Below, one piece after another: positions 1 through 7,512 of a stretch of DNA of 26,009 nucleotides (its first letter is position 1; every line of letters begins with the position of its first letter). Position numbers and translations under genes: made by a program. The stretch is from a virus. Lineage: Duplodnaviria; Caudoviricetes. Below the pieces are notes generated by a model that saw only the letters and a list, made by a program, of their open reading frames with translations, did no database searches and had not been told where the DNA came from. The stretch is taken from positions 1 through 26,009 of the IMG/VR virus record IMGVR_UViG_3300030059_002152. One strand, written 5' to 3'.

Positions 1-154
1 ACTTTATACAATTCGTAAAACAAGAGCCGATAAATTTTATAATAAATCTAACTTTTTTAACAGTATTAACTGAGATTTTTTATGTGTTAATCTGGATATT
101 CTATTAAATAAAAAAGAACAACAATCAATATAAATAAAACAAAAAACAAAAACT

Positions 155-808
155 ATGTCAATTAAATTTAAAAAAGTATCTCAACAGTCAAACAATAACA
201 ATTTTTTACCACCTGAAGGCACTCATTTTGCTCGGTGTTTTTCAATGGTGCATGTTGGCGAAAGACCATACGAATACCAAGGCGAAAAGAAAACTAAGAA
301 TTCTCTTTGGGTGTGGTTTGAATTACCTACAGAAATGAGGGTATTTAAAGAAGAACTAGGAGAGCAGCCAATGGCTATCAATATTGAGTATAACCACGTT
401 CCGTACGAAACGGCAAAGATTATAAAACACATTAATAGCTGGAGAGGCAAAGCATTAAGTCCACAAGAAATAGACGACTTTGATGTTAGCACTTTACTCG
501 GACAGCCCTGCATGATCACAATAGTTCATAACACTTCCGCAGCTACAGGTAAAACGTATGCAAATATAAATACTATTTCAGGAATTCCTAAAGGCTTAGA
601 AGCTCCTAAACAGATTAATAAATCTTATCTATTTGATTACAATGATAATTTTAATTTGCAAAACATGGAGAATAATGTCCCTCAGTTTTTACAGGATATT
701 ATGAAAGACACTCCAGACTGGAAAGAAAAAATGAATGAAACAACTGCTAATAATAACCAAGACACATCACATCCAGATTTAAATACTGGAGACGATTTGC
801 CATTTTAA
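155..808 (+). CDS. Phage single-stranded DNA-binding protein-like
   Basis: 217 aa; PPEGTHFARC start, LLGQPCMITIVH...TYANI core, and an acidic C-terminal tail ending GDDLPF typical of SSBs; lies in the replication module. Confidence 0.65.
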   Translation: MSIKFKKVSQQSNNNNFLPPEGTHFARCFSMVHVGERPYEYQGEKKTKNSLWVWFELPTEMRVFKEELGEQPMAINIEYNHVPYETAKIIKHINSWRGKALSPQEIDDFDVSTLLGQPCMITIVHNTSAATGKTYANINTISGIPKGLEAPKQINKSYLFDYNDNFNLQNMENNVPQFLQDIMKDTPDWKEKMNETTANNNQDTSHPDLNTGDDLPF

Positions 809-817
809 AAAACAGAT

Positions 818-910
818 ATGGATAATAAACAAATAAAAAAAGAAGCGGCTGTAGTATGGTCTTTTATAGGTCTTATAACATGCTTTGTATTAATACTAAT
901 AACTAAATAA
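818..910 (+). CDS. Small membrane peptide (30 aa), not in ORF track
   Basis: MDNKQIKKEAAVVWSFIGLITCFVLILITK*; one hydrophobic segment; fills the gap between two genes and has an A-rich leader. Confidence 0.55.
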   Translation: MDNKQIKKEAAVVWSFIGLITCFVLILITK

Positions 911-916
911 CTAATT

Positions 917-1336
917 ATGAATGGAGATTTAAATAATATAATTGAGTCTGTAAATGATATTTGCGGAGTCGATATAAGATCTAGAAATAGAAGTAGAAAT
1001 ATAGTAGATGCTAAGAAAATTTATTTTTATATAGCTACTGGTATAGGTGTCTATTCTTATGAAGCTATAGGAGTGCATGTTGGGAATGATCATTCTTCAG
1101 TACACCACCATCTTAAAACAATAGAGTTTTTACTAAAATCCGATCCATTACTTAGAAAAAACTTAGATGCTTGTATGCACAGAGTTAATAACATCTTAGG
1201 ACTTAAAAACTTTGATTATAAGGGTAGAATAATGTTAAATTGGAAACATTTAACTATAGAGCAAAGACAAGAGATGGCTGATCTATGTGATAATTTTTGT
1301 CAAAAAAACAAAGTAAACGAGCCAGTATATGTCTAA
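917..1336 (+). CDS. DnaA C-terminal (domain IV)-like HTH DNA-binding protein
   Basis: DIRSRNRSRNIVDAKKIYFYIA...SYEAIGVHVGNDHSSVHHHLKTIE resembles the DnaA domain IV pattern (R.R.i...R....Y......S...IG.....DHsTV.H). Confidence 0.7.
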   Translation: MNGDLNNIIESVNDICGVDIRSRNRSRNIVDAKKIYFYIATGIGVYSYEAIGVHVGNDHSSVHHHLKTIEFLLKSDPLLRKNLDACMHRVNNILGLKNFDYKGRIMLNWKHLTIEQRQEMADLCDNFCQKNKVNEPVYV

Positions 1337-2063
1337 AGATCCAGCGGTGCTTTTATATACATCTGATTTTCTCTCTGGCTGTTCCGATTTAACTATGCTA
1401 GAGAGAGGTCAGTTTATAACTCTTTTATGTTTACAACATCAAAAAGAAGTTTTAACTAAAAAGTTAATAGAGCTTACCTGTGGTAGTAATATCTCTGAAG
1501 ATGTCATGTCTAGATTTACTAAAGATAAAAATGGTAATTATTTTAATAAAAGAATGGACTTTGAAAGAAAAAAACGCAAAGCACATTCCGATAAGCAAAG
1601 CTTAAAAGCTAAGGCTAGATGGGATAAAGTAAAAGAAAACAAACTAACTAAACAACCTGTTGAAGATGCCACGGCATGTGCCGTGGTAATGCCTTTAGAA
1701 AATGAAAATGAAAATGAAAATGAAAATAGAATTAAAAGTAAAAGTAAAAAGGTAGAAATTGTTTTTCCTTATAACGATAAAGACTTCATTCATTCATGGG
1801 GTATTTGGAAACAATACCTAAAGGAATCTAGAAACCCTATCAAATCTAAAATTCAAGAACAGGCGGCACTTAAAAGATTAAACAACATGTCCGAAAGCTC
1901 TATCGATGCAATAGAAATAATAGAATATACAATAGCTCAAGGTTATAAAGGACTTTGGAAAGAAAAGAAAAATTTAAATTATGGGACAAAAAATAATACC
2001 AATCAATCAAACATTACAACAGACTTCCAGAAACTCCTTGATGAAAAAATACGCTCCAACTAA
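1329..2063 (+). CDS. Phage replication initiator (YdaU/DUF1376-like N-terminus)
   Basis: DPAVLLYTSDFLSG...ERGQFITLLCLQHQ N-terminus, low-complexity (EN)5 linker, and C-terminal W..W.QY.K...IEYTIAQGYKGLW domain. Confidence 0.7.
   Translation: MSKDPAVLLYTSDFLSGCSDLTMLERGQFITLLCLQHQKEVLTKKLIELTCGSNISEDVMSRFTKDKNGNYFNKRMDFERKKRKAHSDKQSLKAKARWDKVKENKLTKQPVEDATACAVVMPLENENENENENRIKSKSKKVEIVFPYNDKDFIHSWGIWKQYLKESRNPIKSKIQEQAALKRLNNMSESSIDAIEIIEYTIAQGYKGLWKEKKNLNYGTKNNTNQSNITTDFQKLLDEKIRSN
1669..1686. repeat. GC-rich inverted repeat CCACGGCA-TG-TGCCGTGG inside the initiator gene
   Basis: Perfect 8-bp arms seen directly in the sequence. Confidence 0.8.
1698..1727 (+). repeat. Tandem (GAAAAT)5 encoding ENENENENEN
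   Basis: Five exact hexamer copies. Confidence 0.95.
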
Positions 2064-2472
2064 TTGCATGGCTTTAGCTTCAGAAATTAAATCTGTTAGC
2101 GATGCTATGTCTAAGGACTCTCACTCTATCGGTAAGATTCAAAGAGAGCAGTCTAAAAACTTTACAGAGGGTTTACTATTATACTGGCTTATTTATCTTA
2201 ATCAAATACTAAACCTTAAAAACCCAATGAGTGAAACTCAAATGGTTCTAGCCTCTCAGCTTATTTGTGAAGAATTTTACATGCTTAAAATGTCCGAGCT
2301 TACCCATCTATTCAAAAGAATAATTTCAGGGCAGTACGGCGAATTTTACGAGAGGTTATCAATAGATAAAGTATTAACCTTTTTTAGAAAATACTTAGAA
2401 GAACGATTTGAAATAGCAATAGATGAAAGTTCTAGAAATCACAGAGATCAAAAGCAAAATGAATCTATCTAG
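1981..2472 (+). CDS. Replication-associated protein (helicase loader/inhibitor-like)
   Basis: Overlaps the initiator 3' end by 83 nt; EL..LFKRIISGQYGEFYERLS motif resembles proteins that follow initiators in Bacteroidota phages. Alternative start at 2041. Confidence 0.5.
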   Translation: MGQKIIPINQTLQQTSRNSLMKKYAPTNCMALASEIKSVSDAMSKDSHSIGKIQREQSKNFTEGLLLYWLIYLNQILNLKNPMSETQMVLASQLICEEFYMLKMSELTHLFKRIISGQYGEFYERLSIDKVLTFFRKYLEERFEIAIDESSRNHRDQKQNESI

Positions 2473-2623
2473 ACAAGATTTAAAATACTGCTCTGTTTGT
2501 AAAGAGCCTAACAGACCATACAGTTACACATGTGAATCGTGTGGCTTTGATATGGATTTTGAGGTTAAATATAATCAATGGGGAATACCACAATTAAAAA
2601 AAAGAGAGAATGGGAAAAAATAA
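2423..2623 (+). CDS. Small zinc-ribbon protein
   Basis: CSVC...CESCG; the true start may be the ATG at 2459. Confidence 0.55.
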   Translation: MKVLEITEIKSKMNLSRQDLKYCSVCKEPNRPYSYTCESCGFDMDFEVKYNQWGIPQLKKRENGKK

Positions 2624-2756
2624 ATATTACCTATCTAATTGCTGCAATATGCCAATTATTTGGAATTTTTCAACTAAGGCAGATAATAAAGGACTTTGCA
2701 CCAAATGTAAAAACTGGGCTACAGTAATTGAAAAAGAAATTATAGTAAATGTTTAA
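2610..2756 (+). CDS. Small Cys-rich (zinc-binding) protein, 48 aa, not in ORF track
   Basis: MGKNKYYLSNCCNMPIIWNFSTKADNKGLCTKCKNWATVIEKEIIVNV*; SNCC...CxxC; overlaps both neighbours. Confidence 0.65.
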   Translation: MGKNKYYLSNCCNMPIIWNFSTKADNKGLCTKCKNWATVIEKEIIVNV

Positions 2757-3087
2757 AAAGAAAAATAAGTATTCCGCCATTAAACAGACTTATAATGGTA
2801 GGGTTTACCATAGTAAAAAGGAGTGTGAATATGCCAAAACTCTGGACTGGCGTAAAAGAGCTGGAGAGATTAAAGAGATTATCCCCCAATACAAATTAGA
2901 ACTTAAAGTAAATGGAATTAAAATCTGTAATTATTACATGGATTTTAAAGTAATTCATTTAGATGGATCTGTTGAACTTATAGAAGTAAAAGGCTATAAA
3001 ACAGATGTATGGAAAATTAAATACAAACTGACTGAAGTATTAATTAATGAAATCGAACCAAACGCTAAACTAACTTTAATCTTATGA
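2749..3087 (+). CDS. DUF1064-family PD-(D/E)XK nuclease-like protein
   Basis: NKYSA...YHSKKE...Q....L......C.Y.MDF......ELIEVKG..T..WKIK.KL pattern. Confidence 0.8.
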   Translation: MFKKKNKYSAIKQTYNGRVYHSKKECEYAKTLDWRKRAGEIKEIIPQYKLELKVNGIKICNYYMDFKVIHLDGSVELIEVKGYKTDVWKIKYKLTEVLINEIEPNAKLTLIL

Positions 3088-3611
3088 ATAAAAACAAAGC
3101 CATTACTGATATTGCTAAACTCCATAAGCTATGGGTTAACTATGTAAAAAAATACTCAGTAACTGAAAGCCAGTTTAAATATGCTGAAGACTTTGTCCAA
3201 AATTTATACATACAATTAATTGAAAGTAAATCCTTTAGCGATACTAAAATTTATGATAGTAAAAAACAAATAAACCGAAAGTATGTTTTTAAAACCCTAC
3301 GATGGCTTTTAAATGACGATGGTAAGAAACGCAAAATTAAAACTAATAAAATAATCGGTAATATAATTGTTGTAGATCCTGAGACAGTAACGCCAGACGA
3401 TAGGGAAGTAATAGTACTCAAAGTAAAAAATAGTATTAATAAAATGCCTGAAGAAGACAAAAAGATAATGAAGCTTTACATGTACGAATTACCTAGCATT
3501 CGTAAAATATCTAAAGCACTAAGTAAGGGAACTAAGACTATTCAATTAAAAATTAAGGATTGTAAACAAATAATAAAAAAAGAAGTATATGAGTTTAGAC
3601 AAACAGCCTAA
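3084..3611 (+). CDS. Phage ECF/sigma-70-like transcription factor #1
   Basis: Region-2-like YAEDFVQNLYIQL; region-4-like HTH INKMPEEDKKIMKLY...SIRKISKALS. Confidence 0.7.
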   Translation: MNKNKAITDIAKLHKLWVNYVKKYSVTESQFKYAEDFVQNLYIQLIESKSFSDTKIYDSKKQINRKYVFKTLRWLLNDDGKKRKIKTNKIIGNIIVVDPETVTPDDREVIVLKVKNSINKMPEEDKKIMKLYMYELPSIRKISKALSKGTKTIQLKIKDCKQIIKKEVYEFRQTA

Positions 3612-3957
3612 AGGATTGGGTGATCAAATTGAAAGATTTACAGAGGCAACAGGAATTAAAAGATTAGTTCATTGGGCATTTGGAGACGACTGCGGCTGTC
3701 GAGAGCGTAAAATTTATTTAAATAAATTATTCCCTCGAAAACAAAATCCAGAATGTTTAGAAGAAAAAGAATATAAATATTTAAAAAAAGTAAATCTATT
3801 TAAACAAACTAAATTATCCGCCGCACATCAAAGAGGGATATTAAAAATCTACAATAGAATATTTAAAAAGCGAAAAGAGTTTAGCACTTGTGGCAGTTGC
3901 GTTATCAATTTAGTTAATGAATTGAAATTAGTGCTTAAAGCTTATGAGAATGAATAG
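3589..3957 (+). CDS. Cys-rich phage protein
   Basis: KGLGDQIERFTEATGIK...DCGC.ERK..LN...CGSC motif pattern; overlaps sigma-like #1. Confidence 0.7.
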   Translation: MSLDKQPKGLGDQIERFTEATGIKRLVHWAFGDDCGCRERKIYLNKLFPRKQNPECLEEKEYKYLKKVNLFKQTKLSAAHQRGILKIYNRIFKKRKEFSTCGSCVINLVNELKLVLKAYENE

Positions 3958-4381
3958 TATTACAATAGCATCTAAAGTTTTAAATGGTAAGCTAATTAAT
4001 AACAAGGGCAAAATAAACAACGCTATTAAACACTTTGAGGGTAAGGATATAGAGATCGTTGTAAAGCGCAGGAAAAAGCTTAGAAGCAATCCACAAAACT
4101 CTTATTACTTTGGAGTTATAATACCATTAACAATTAATGCAATAAGTAACGAGTGGGGGGAGATTTGGGATGCTAGTAAAACACATGATTTTTATAAGAC
4201 TATGTTTTTATATGAAGAAGTTACACATTATGATAGTGGTAAGATAATTAAGATACCTAAGTCTAGTACTGATAATTCAACAATACAACAGGAATCCTAT
4301 CATTTAAAATGTATAGAGTTTTTAAAGGAATGGTTTAATGTGTACGTACCATTACCAAACGAACATTTAAAAATAAGCTAA
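3944..4381 (+). CDS. NinB/Orf-like recombination protein
   Basis: RSNPQNSYYFGVI...HDFYK.MFL...KSSTD...VPLPNE pattern. Confidence 0.6.
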   Translation: MRMNSITIASKVLNGKLINNKGKINNAIKHFEGKDIEIVVKRRKKLRSNPQNSYYFGVIIPLTINAISNEWGEIWDASKTHDFYKTMFLYEEVTHYDSGKIIKIPKSSTDNSTIQQESYHLKCIEFLKEWFNVYVPLPNEHLKIS

Positions 4382-4506
4382 TGAAAAACGAACAACAAAT
4401 AAACTCTTTAAGAGAAAACTATAATAAGTTAGTTTCTAAAAGATTGATTACTGGTAATAGTAAAAGGGTACAATGGGAATCTAAAAGAAGATTTACGAGT
4501 ATTTAA
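4381..4506 (+). CDS. Small basic hypothetical protein, 41 aa, not in ORF track
   Basis: MKNEQQINSLRENYNKLVSKRLITGNSKRVQWESKRRFTSI*; start overlaps the upstream stop (TAATG). Confidence 0.5.
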   Translation: MKNEQQINSLRENYNKLVSKRLITGNSKRVQWESKRRFTSI

Positions 4507-4535
4507 AAAGATTGATTAAACAATTTATTTCAATT

Positions 4536-4784
4536 ATGGATAATAGAAAAAACAATGGCGGTAAAAGAATTGGCGCAGGTAGAAAACCTAAAGCAGATGA
4601 GATTGAATTTCTGCAAAAGCTAGATAATATAATAGATGAAGAAGAAGCTATAAGATTGCTATTACAGCACATGAGAGATGGATCAGTTTCTGCGCTTAGT
4701 ATTTATTTATCATATCGCAGAGGTAAGCCAAAAGAAACTAGAGACATTACAATCAATGAAGACTTACCTTTATTTCTAGATTGA
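4536..4784 (+). CDS. terS: Terminase small subunit (putative)
   Basis: MDNRKNNGGKRIGAGRKPK N-terminus and YRRGKPKET; directly upstream of terL. ATG 4536 is preferred over TTG 4512. Confidence 0.65.
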   Translation: MDNRKNNGGKRIGAGRKPKADEIEFLQKLDNIIDEEEAIRLLLQHMRDGSVSALSIYLSYRRGKPKETRDITINEDLPLFLD

Positions 4785-4785
4785 T

Positions 4786-5952
4786 ATGCAATTAGCAAAA
4801 ACTGAAGCTCTTAATAAACTTAGAAAATTAACTAAACGGATTAAGGTAGTAAGAGGCGGAACATCCGCAGGTAAGACTATTTGTATTTTGCTAATACTAA
4901 TTGATTATGCTATTAAAAATGATGGCAAAGAAATAAGCGTAGTTAGTGAATCTATTCCACATCTACGTAGGGGCGCATTTAAAGACTTCTTAGCTATACT
5001 AAAGGGATTAAATAGGTATAAGGATAATCAAATAAATAAGAGTACTTTAAAATACACTTTTACAAATGGCAGCTATATAGAATTTTTTAGTACTGATCAG
5101 CCTGACAAATTAAGGGGCGCACGACGAACAGATTTATATATTAACGAATGTAACAATGTACCTTTTGATGCTTACCAACAATTATCAATAAGAACAAGCG
5201 GCAACGTCTGGTTAGATTATAATCCATCTAATTTGTTTTGGGTAGATAAAGAGATTATAGGAAAAGAAGATACTGACTTTATTACATTAACGTATAAGGA
5301 TAATACAAGTTTACCAATAAGCATTGTAAAAGAAATTGAAAAAGCAAGGGAAAAGGGAAAGACATCCAACTATTGGGCTAATTGGTGGAACGTCTACGGT
5401 CTTGGGCAGTTAGGATCATTAGAGGGTGTCTGTATTCCTGACTGGAAAGAAATGGATAATATTCCAGACGATGCTAGATTATTAGCACATGGAGTAGATT
5501 TTGGATATACAGATCCTACAGTAGTAATTTCATTATATAAATGGAATGATGCTTATATAGCAGATGAAGTCTTTTATAAATCCAATACAGTACTAAGGGA
5601 CTTATCTAATTTTTTAAAACAAAATAATATTAAAGAAAATTTAATAGCAGATTCCGCAGAGCCAAAGAGTATTGAAACCTTGCGTAGAGATGGACACAAT
5701 ATTTTTCCATGTAGTAAAGGCAGGGATAGCGTAAACTTTGGAATTAATCTTTTAAATCAAAACGAAATATATATTACTTCAAACAGTATAAATCTTAAAA
5801 GAGAATTGCAGGGGTATATATGGGCAAAAGATAAAAATGGCAATACTTTAAATAAACCAACTGGAGAGCATCCAGATTGTATCGATAGTTTAAGATACGT
5901 TCTTACCGATCAATTGCAAAATCCAAACAAAGGACAATATCACATTTATTAA
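4786..5952 (+). CDS. terL: Terminase large subunit, PBSX family
   Basis: Walker A RGGTSAGKT, Walker B-like LYINE, coupling motif LDYNP, nuclease GVDFG...ADSAEP...DCIDSLRY. Confidence 0.95.
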   Translation: MQLAKTEALNKLRKLTKRIKVVRGGTSAGKTICILLILIDYAIKNDGKEISVVSESIPHLRRGAFKDFLAILKGLNRYKDNQINKSTLKYTFTNGSYIEFFSTDQPDKLRGARRTDLYINECNNVPFDAYQQLSIRTSGNVWLDYNPSNLFWVDKEIIGKEDTDFITLTYKDNTSLPISIVKEIEKAREKGKTSNYWANWWNVYGLGQLGSLEGVCIPDWKEMDNIPDDARLLAHGVDFGYTDPTVVISLYKWNDAYIADEVFYKSNTVLRDLSNFLKQNNIKENLIADSAEPKSIETLRRDGHNIFPCSKGRDSVNFGINLLNQNEIYITSNSINLKRELQGYIWAKDKNGNTLNKPTGEHPDCIDSLRYVLTDQLQNPNKGQYHIY

Positions 5953-5960
5953 AAGTTTTT

Positions 5961-6023
5961 TAAATAAAGCTTGTATATATCATATATATAATATATATTT
6001 GTAGTATATTACTAATTAAGGTA
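5961..6023 (+). promoter_or_regulatory. Island repeat copy 1: Bacteroidota sigma-A-type promoter with palindromic operator
   Basis: CTTG-N20-TATATTTG fits the -33/-7 (TTTG / TAnnTTTG) consensus; spacer contains TATATAT-CAT-ATATATA. Confidence 0.75.
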
Positions 6024-6044
6024 TTATAAAAACAGATAGAACAA

Positions 6045-6299
6045 ATGAGAAAAGCAAAATTAATTGAATTAATAGAACAACATCCTTTAGTTACTGACTT
6101 ATGGTCTGAAGAAGATAACGGATGGTTCTGTGATTTAAAAAATGGTTACGTTAGTACTTTTTCTGAATGTGGAACAGTTCACGTATCAAATTTTGAAGAC
6201 CAAGAAGACGTAACACAAAACAAAAAAGACGTTAGCGATTTAACTGAGATATGGGAACACCTTAAAGATGGTGTTATTAATGAAGAACTTTATAATTAA
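6045..6299 (+). CDS. Small acidic hypothetical protein (island ORF1)
   Basis: 84 aa with about 19 D/E versus 7 K/R; follows repeat 1. Confidence 0.8.
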   Translation: MRKAKLIELIEQHPLVTDLWSEEDNGWFCDLKNGYVSTFSECGTVHVSNFEDQEDVTQNKKDVSDLTEIWEHLKDGVINEELYN

Positions 6300-6358
6300 A
6301 TAAAGCTTGTATATATCATATATATAATATATATTGCAGTATATTACTAATTAAGGTA
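6297..6358 (+). promoter_or_regulatory. Island repeat copy 2 (promoter/operator)
   Basis: Identical to copy 1 except for one indel and one substitution (-7 element TATATTGC). Confidence 0.75.
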
Positions 6359-6377
6359 ATATTTAAAAACAAATAAA

Positions 6378-6539
6378 ATGGAAAAACCAAAACTATTAGA
6401 AGCGTTTAGATTATACAAATGGAATGATTGTTATCAATTATATTGGACTGAAGAGATGTCAAATTATCCTCAGACTGCAATCGAAATGAAATTTAATACA
6501 AAAAAAGAAGCATTAAAATTTTTAAGCGATCACTTTTAA
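6378..6539 (+). CDS. Small hypothetical protein, 53 aa (island ORF2), not in ORF track
   Basis: MEKPKLLEAFRLYKWNDCYQLYWTEEMSNYPQTAIEMKFNTKKEALKFLSDHF*; fills the space between repeats 2 and 3; leader AAACAAATAAA. Confidence 0.75.
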   Translation: MEKPKLLEAFRLYKWNDCYQLYWTEEMSNYPQTAIEMKFNTKKEALKFLSDHF

Positions 6540-6549
6540 AATAATATAG

Positions 6550-6602
6550 ATAAAGCTAGTGTATATCATATATATTATATATATTGCAGTATATTACTAA
6601 TT
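6550..6602 (+). promoter_or_regulatory. Island repeat copy 3 (diverged promoter/operator)
   Basis: ATAAAGCTAGTGTATATCATATATATTATATATATTGCAGTATATTACTAATT; three substitutions relative to copy 2. Confidence 0.7.
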
Positions 6603-6615
6603 TAAAACATACATT

Positions 6616-6882
6616 ATGAATAATTTTTGGAATCACGAGTATAGACATCAAATGAGAGATTTAAGACCATCAAAACAAAAAGAAGTTTATGATACATTTA
6701 TAGAATTTGATTTAGATCTAGATGGTAAGTCAGATATGCACTTAGATTTAATAAATGAAGTAATAGGCGATTATACTATCCAAGGAGAAAATAAAAACAA
6801 TAGAGAAAAAAGATTAAAGTATTCTTATAGTACTAGATTAACATTTGAAGAAAATTTAGAACTATACAAAGAATTTATTTAA
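6616..6882 (+). CDS. Small hypothetical protein (island ORF3)
   Basis: 88 aa, D/E-rich; follows repeat 3. Confidence 0.75.
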   Translation: MNNFWNHEYRHQMRDLRPSKQKEVYDTFIEFDLDLDGKSDMHLDLINEVIGDYTIQGENKNNREKRLKYSYSTRLTFEENLELYKEFI

Positions 6883-6902
6883 TAACTAAACAAATAAACA
6901 TT

Positions 6903-7115
6903 ATGAGCATCTCAAAAATATTAGAATTTTACAACAACACAACACCAGAAGAAAAATGCCAATTATTAAATATGATGGCTAGAGATATCTCTATTCCTTA
7001 TCAAAAAGAAGATGGTACTCATGATTATGAATTATGTGAGGAGAATCCTGTATGCATGAACGGAACTTCATTTCAATTAAACACAAGAGAATTTAGCAAA
7101 CATTGTAACTCATGA
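6903..7115 (+). CDS. Small hypothetical protein (island ORF4)
   Basis: 70 aa, A-rich leader, four Cys. Confidence 0.7.
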   Translation: MSISKILEFYNNTTPEEKCQLLNMMARDISIPYQKEDGTHDYELCEENPVCMNGTSFQLNTREFSKHCNS

Positions 7116-7240
7116 GAAAACTAATCGATATTAAAGACGAACTACTTGTGCCGTTAAAGGTTTTAGCAGCCAAAGAAAACAAACCTTTTAAAACCTATTT
7201 AGAAGATGTAATAGAAGACAAGGTAAAGAAATCTAAATAG
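7112..7240 (+). CDS. Ribbon-helix-helix (CopG/Arc-like) regulator, 42 aa, not in ORF track
   Basis: MRKLIDIKDELLVPLKVLAAKENKPFKTYLEDVIEDKVKKSK*: alternating beta-strand (RKLIDI), then helix, turn, helix; ATGA-coupled to ORF4. Confidence 0.75.
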   Translation: MRKLIDIKDELLVPLKVLAAKENKPFKTYLEDVIEDKVKKSK

Positions 7241-7269
7241 TGTAAACAATACCCCTTTTATTCCCAAAC

Positions 7270-7301
7270 AAGCCCATGTTAACTACGCATGGGTTTTTTT
7301 T
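7270..7301 (+). terminator. Rho-independent terminator closing the island
   Basis: AGCCCATG-loop-CATGGGTT stem followed by a T-run. Confidence 0.85.
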
Positions 7302-7316
7302 ATTATAAACTTTTCG

Positions 7317-7349
7317 ACCACGCTATTATATAAGCTCTTACATATAGTA
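7317..7349 (+). promoter_or_regulatory. Phage promoter class A, copy 1 (ACCACGCT-N11-TCTTACATATAGTA)
   Basis: Same two boxes and spacing at 24618 and 25765; intergenic; one base before the ATG at 7351. Confidence 0.7.
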
Positions 7350-7350
7350 T

Positions 7351-7512
7351 ATGAGTCATAAAAAGAAACACACCACAAAGGAAAGATTTGCAATACTAGA
7401 AAACGTATCCGCCCAACTATATGTTGCTATAGATGTATTACGTAGAAGATTAGATAAACTAGAACTTACAGAAGAGATTACTACTGAAGAGCAAGCTAAT
7501 GAAACTGAATAA
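7351..7512 (+). CDS. Small coiled-coil hypothetical protein, 53 aa, not in ORF track
   Basis: MSHKKKHTTKERFAILENVSAQLYVAIDVLRRRLDKLELTEEITTEEQANETE*; overlaps the next gene. Confidence 0.65.
   Translation: MSHKKKHTTKERFAILENVSAQLYVAIDVLRRRLDKLELTEEITTEEQANETE

Noticed and set aside
223-519. Minus-strand 98-aa ORF
   Set aside because: Antisense shadow of the SSB-like gene with no recognisable features.
1669-1673. CCACG shared between the initiator palindrome and the class A motif
   Set aside because: Only 5 bp in common and no downstream TCTTAC box.
5934-5968. ACAA-N17-GTTTTTTAAATAAA as a fifth class B promoter
   Set aside because: Spacer is 17 rather than 15, there is an extra T, and ACAA is inside terL; plausible by chance in AT-rich DNA.
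5961-6602. Three repeats as a CRISPR array or integron attC array
   Set aside because: Intervals are about 250-340 bp and protein-coding, the repeats look like promoters, and there is no cas or integrase gene or attC core site.
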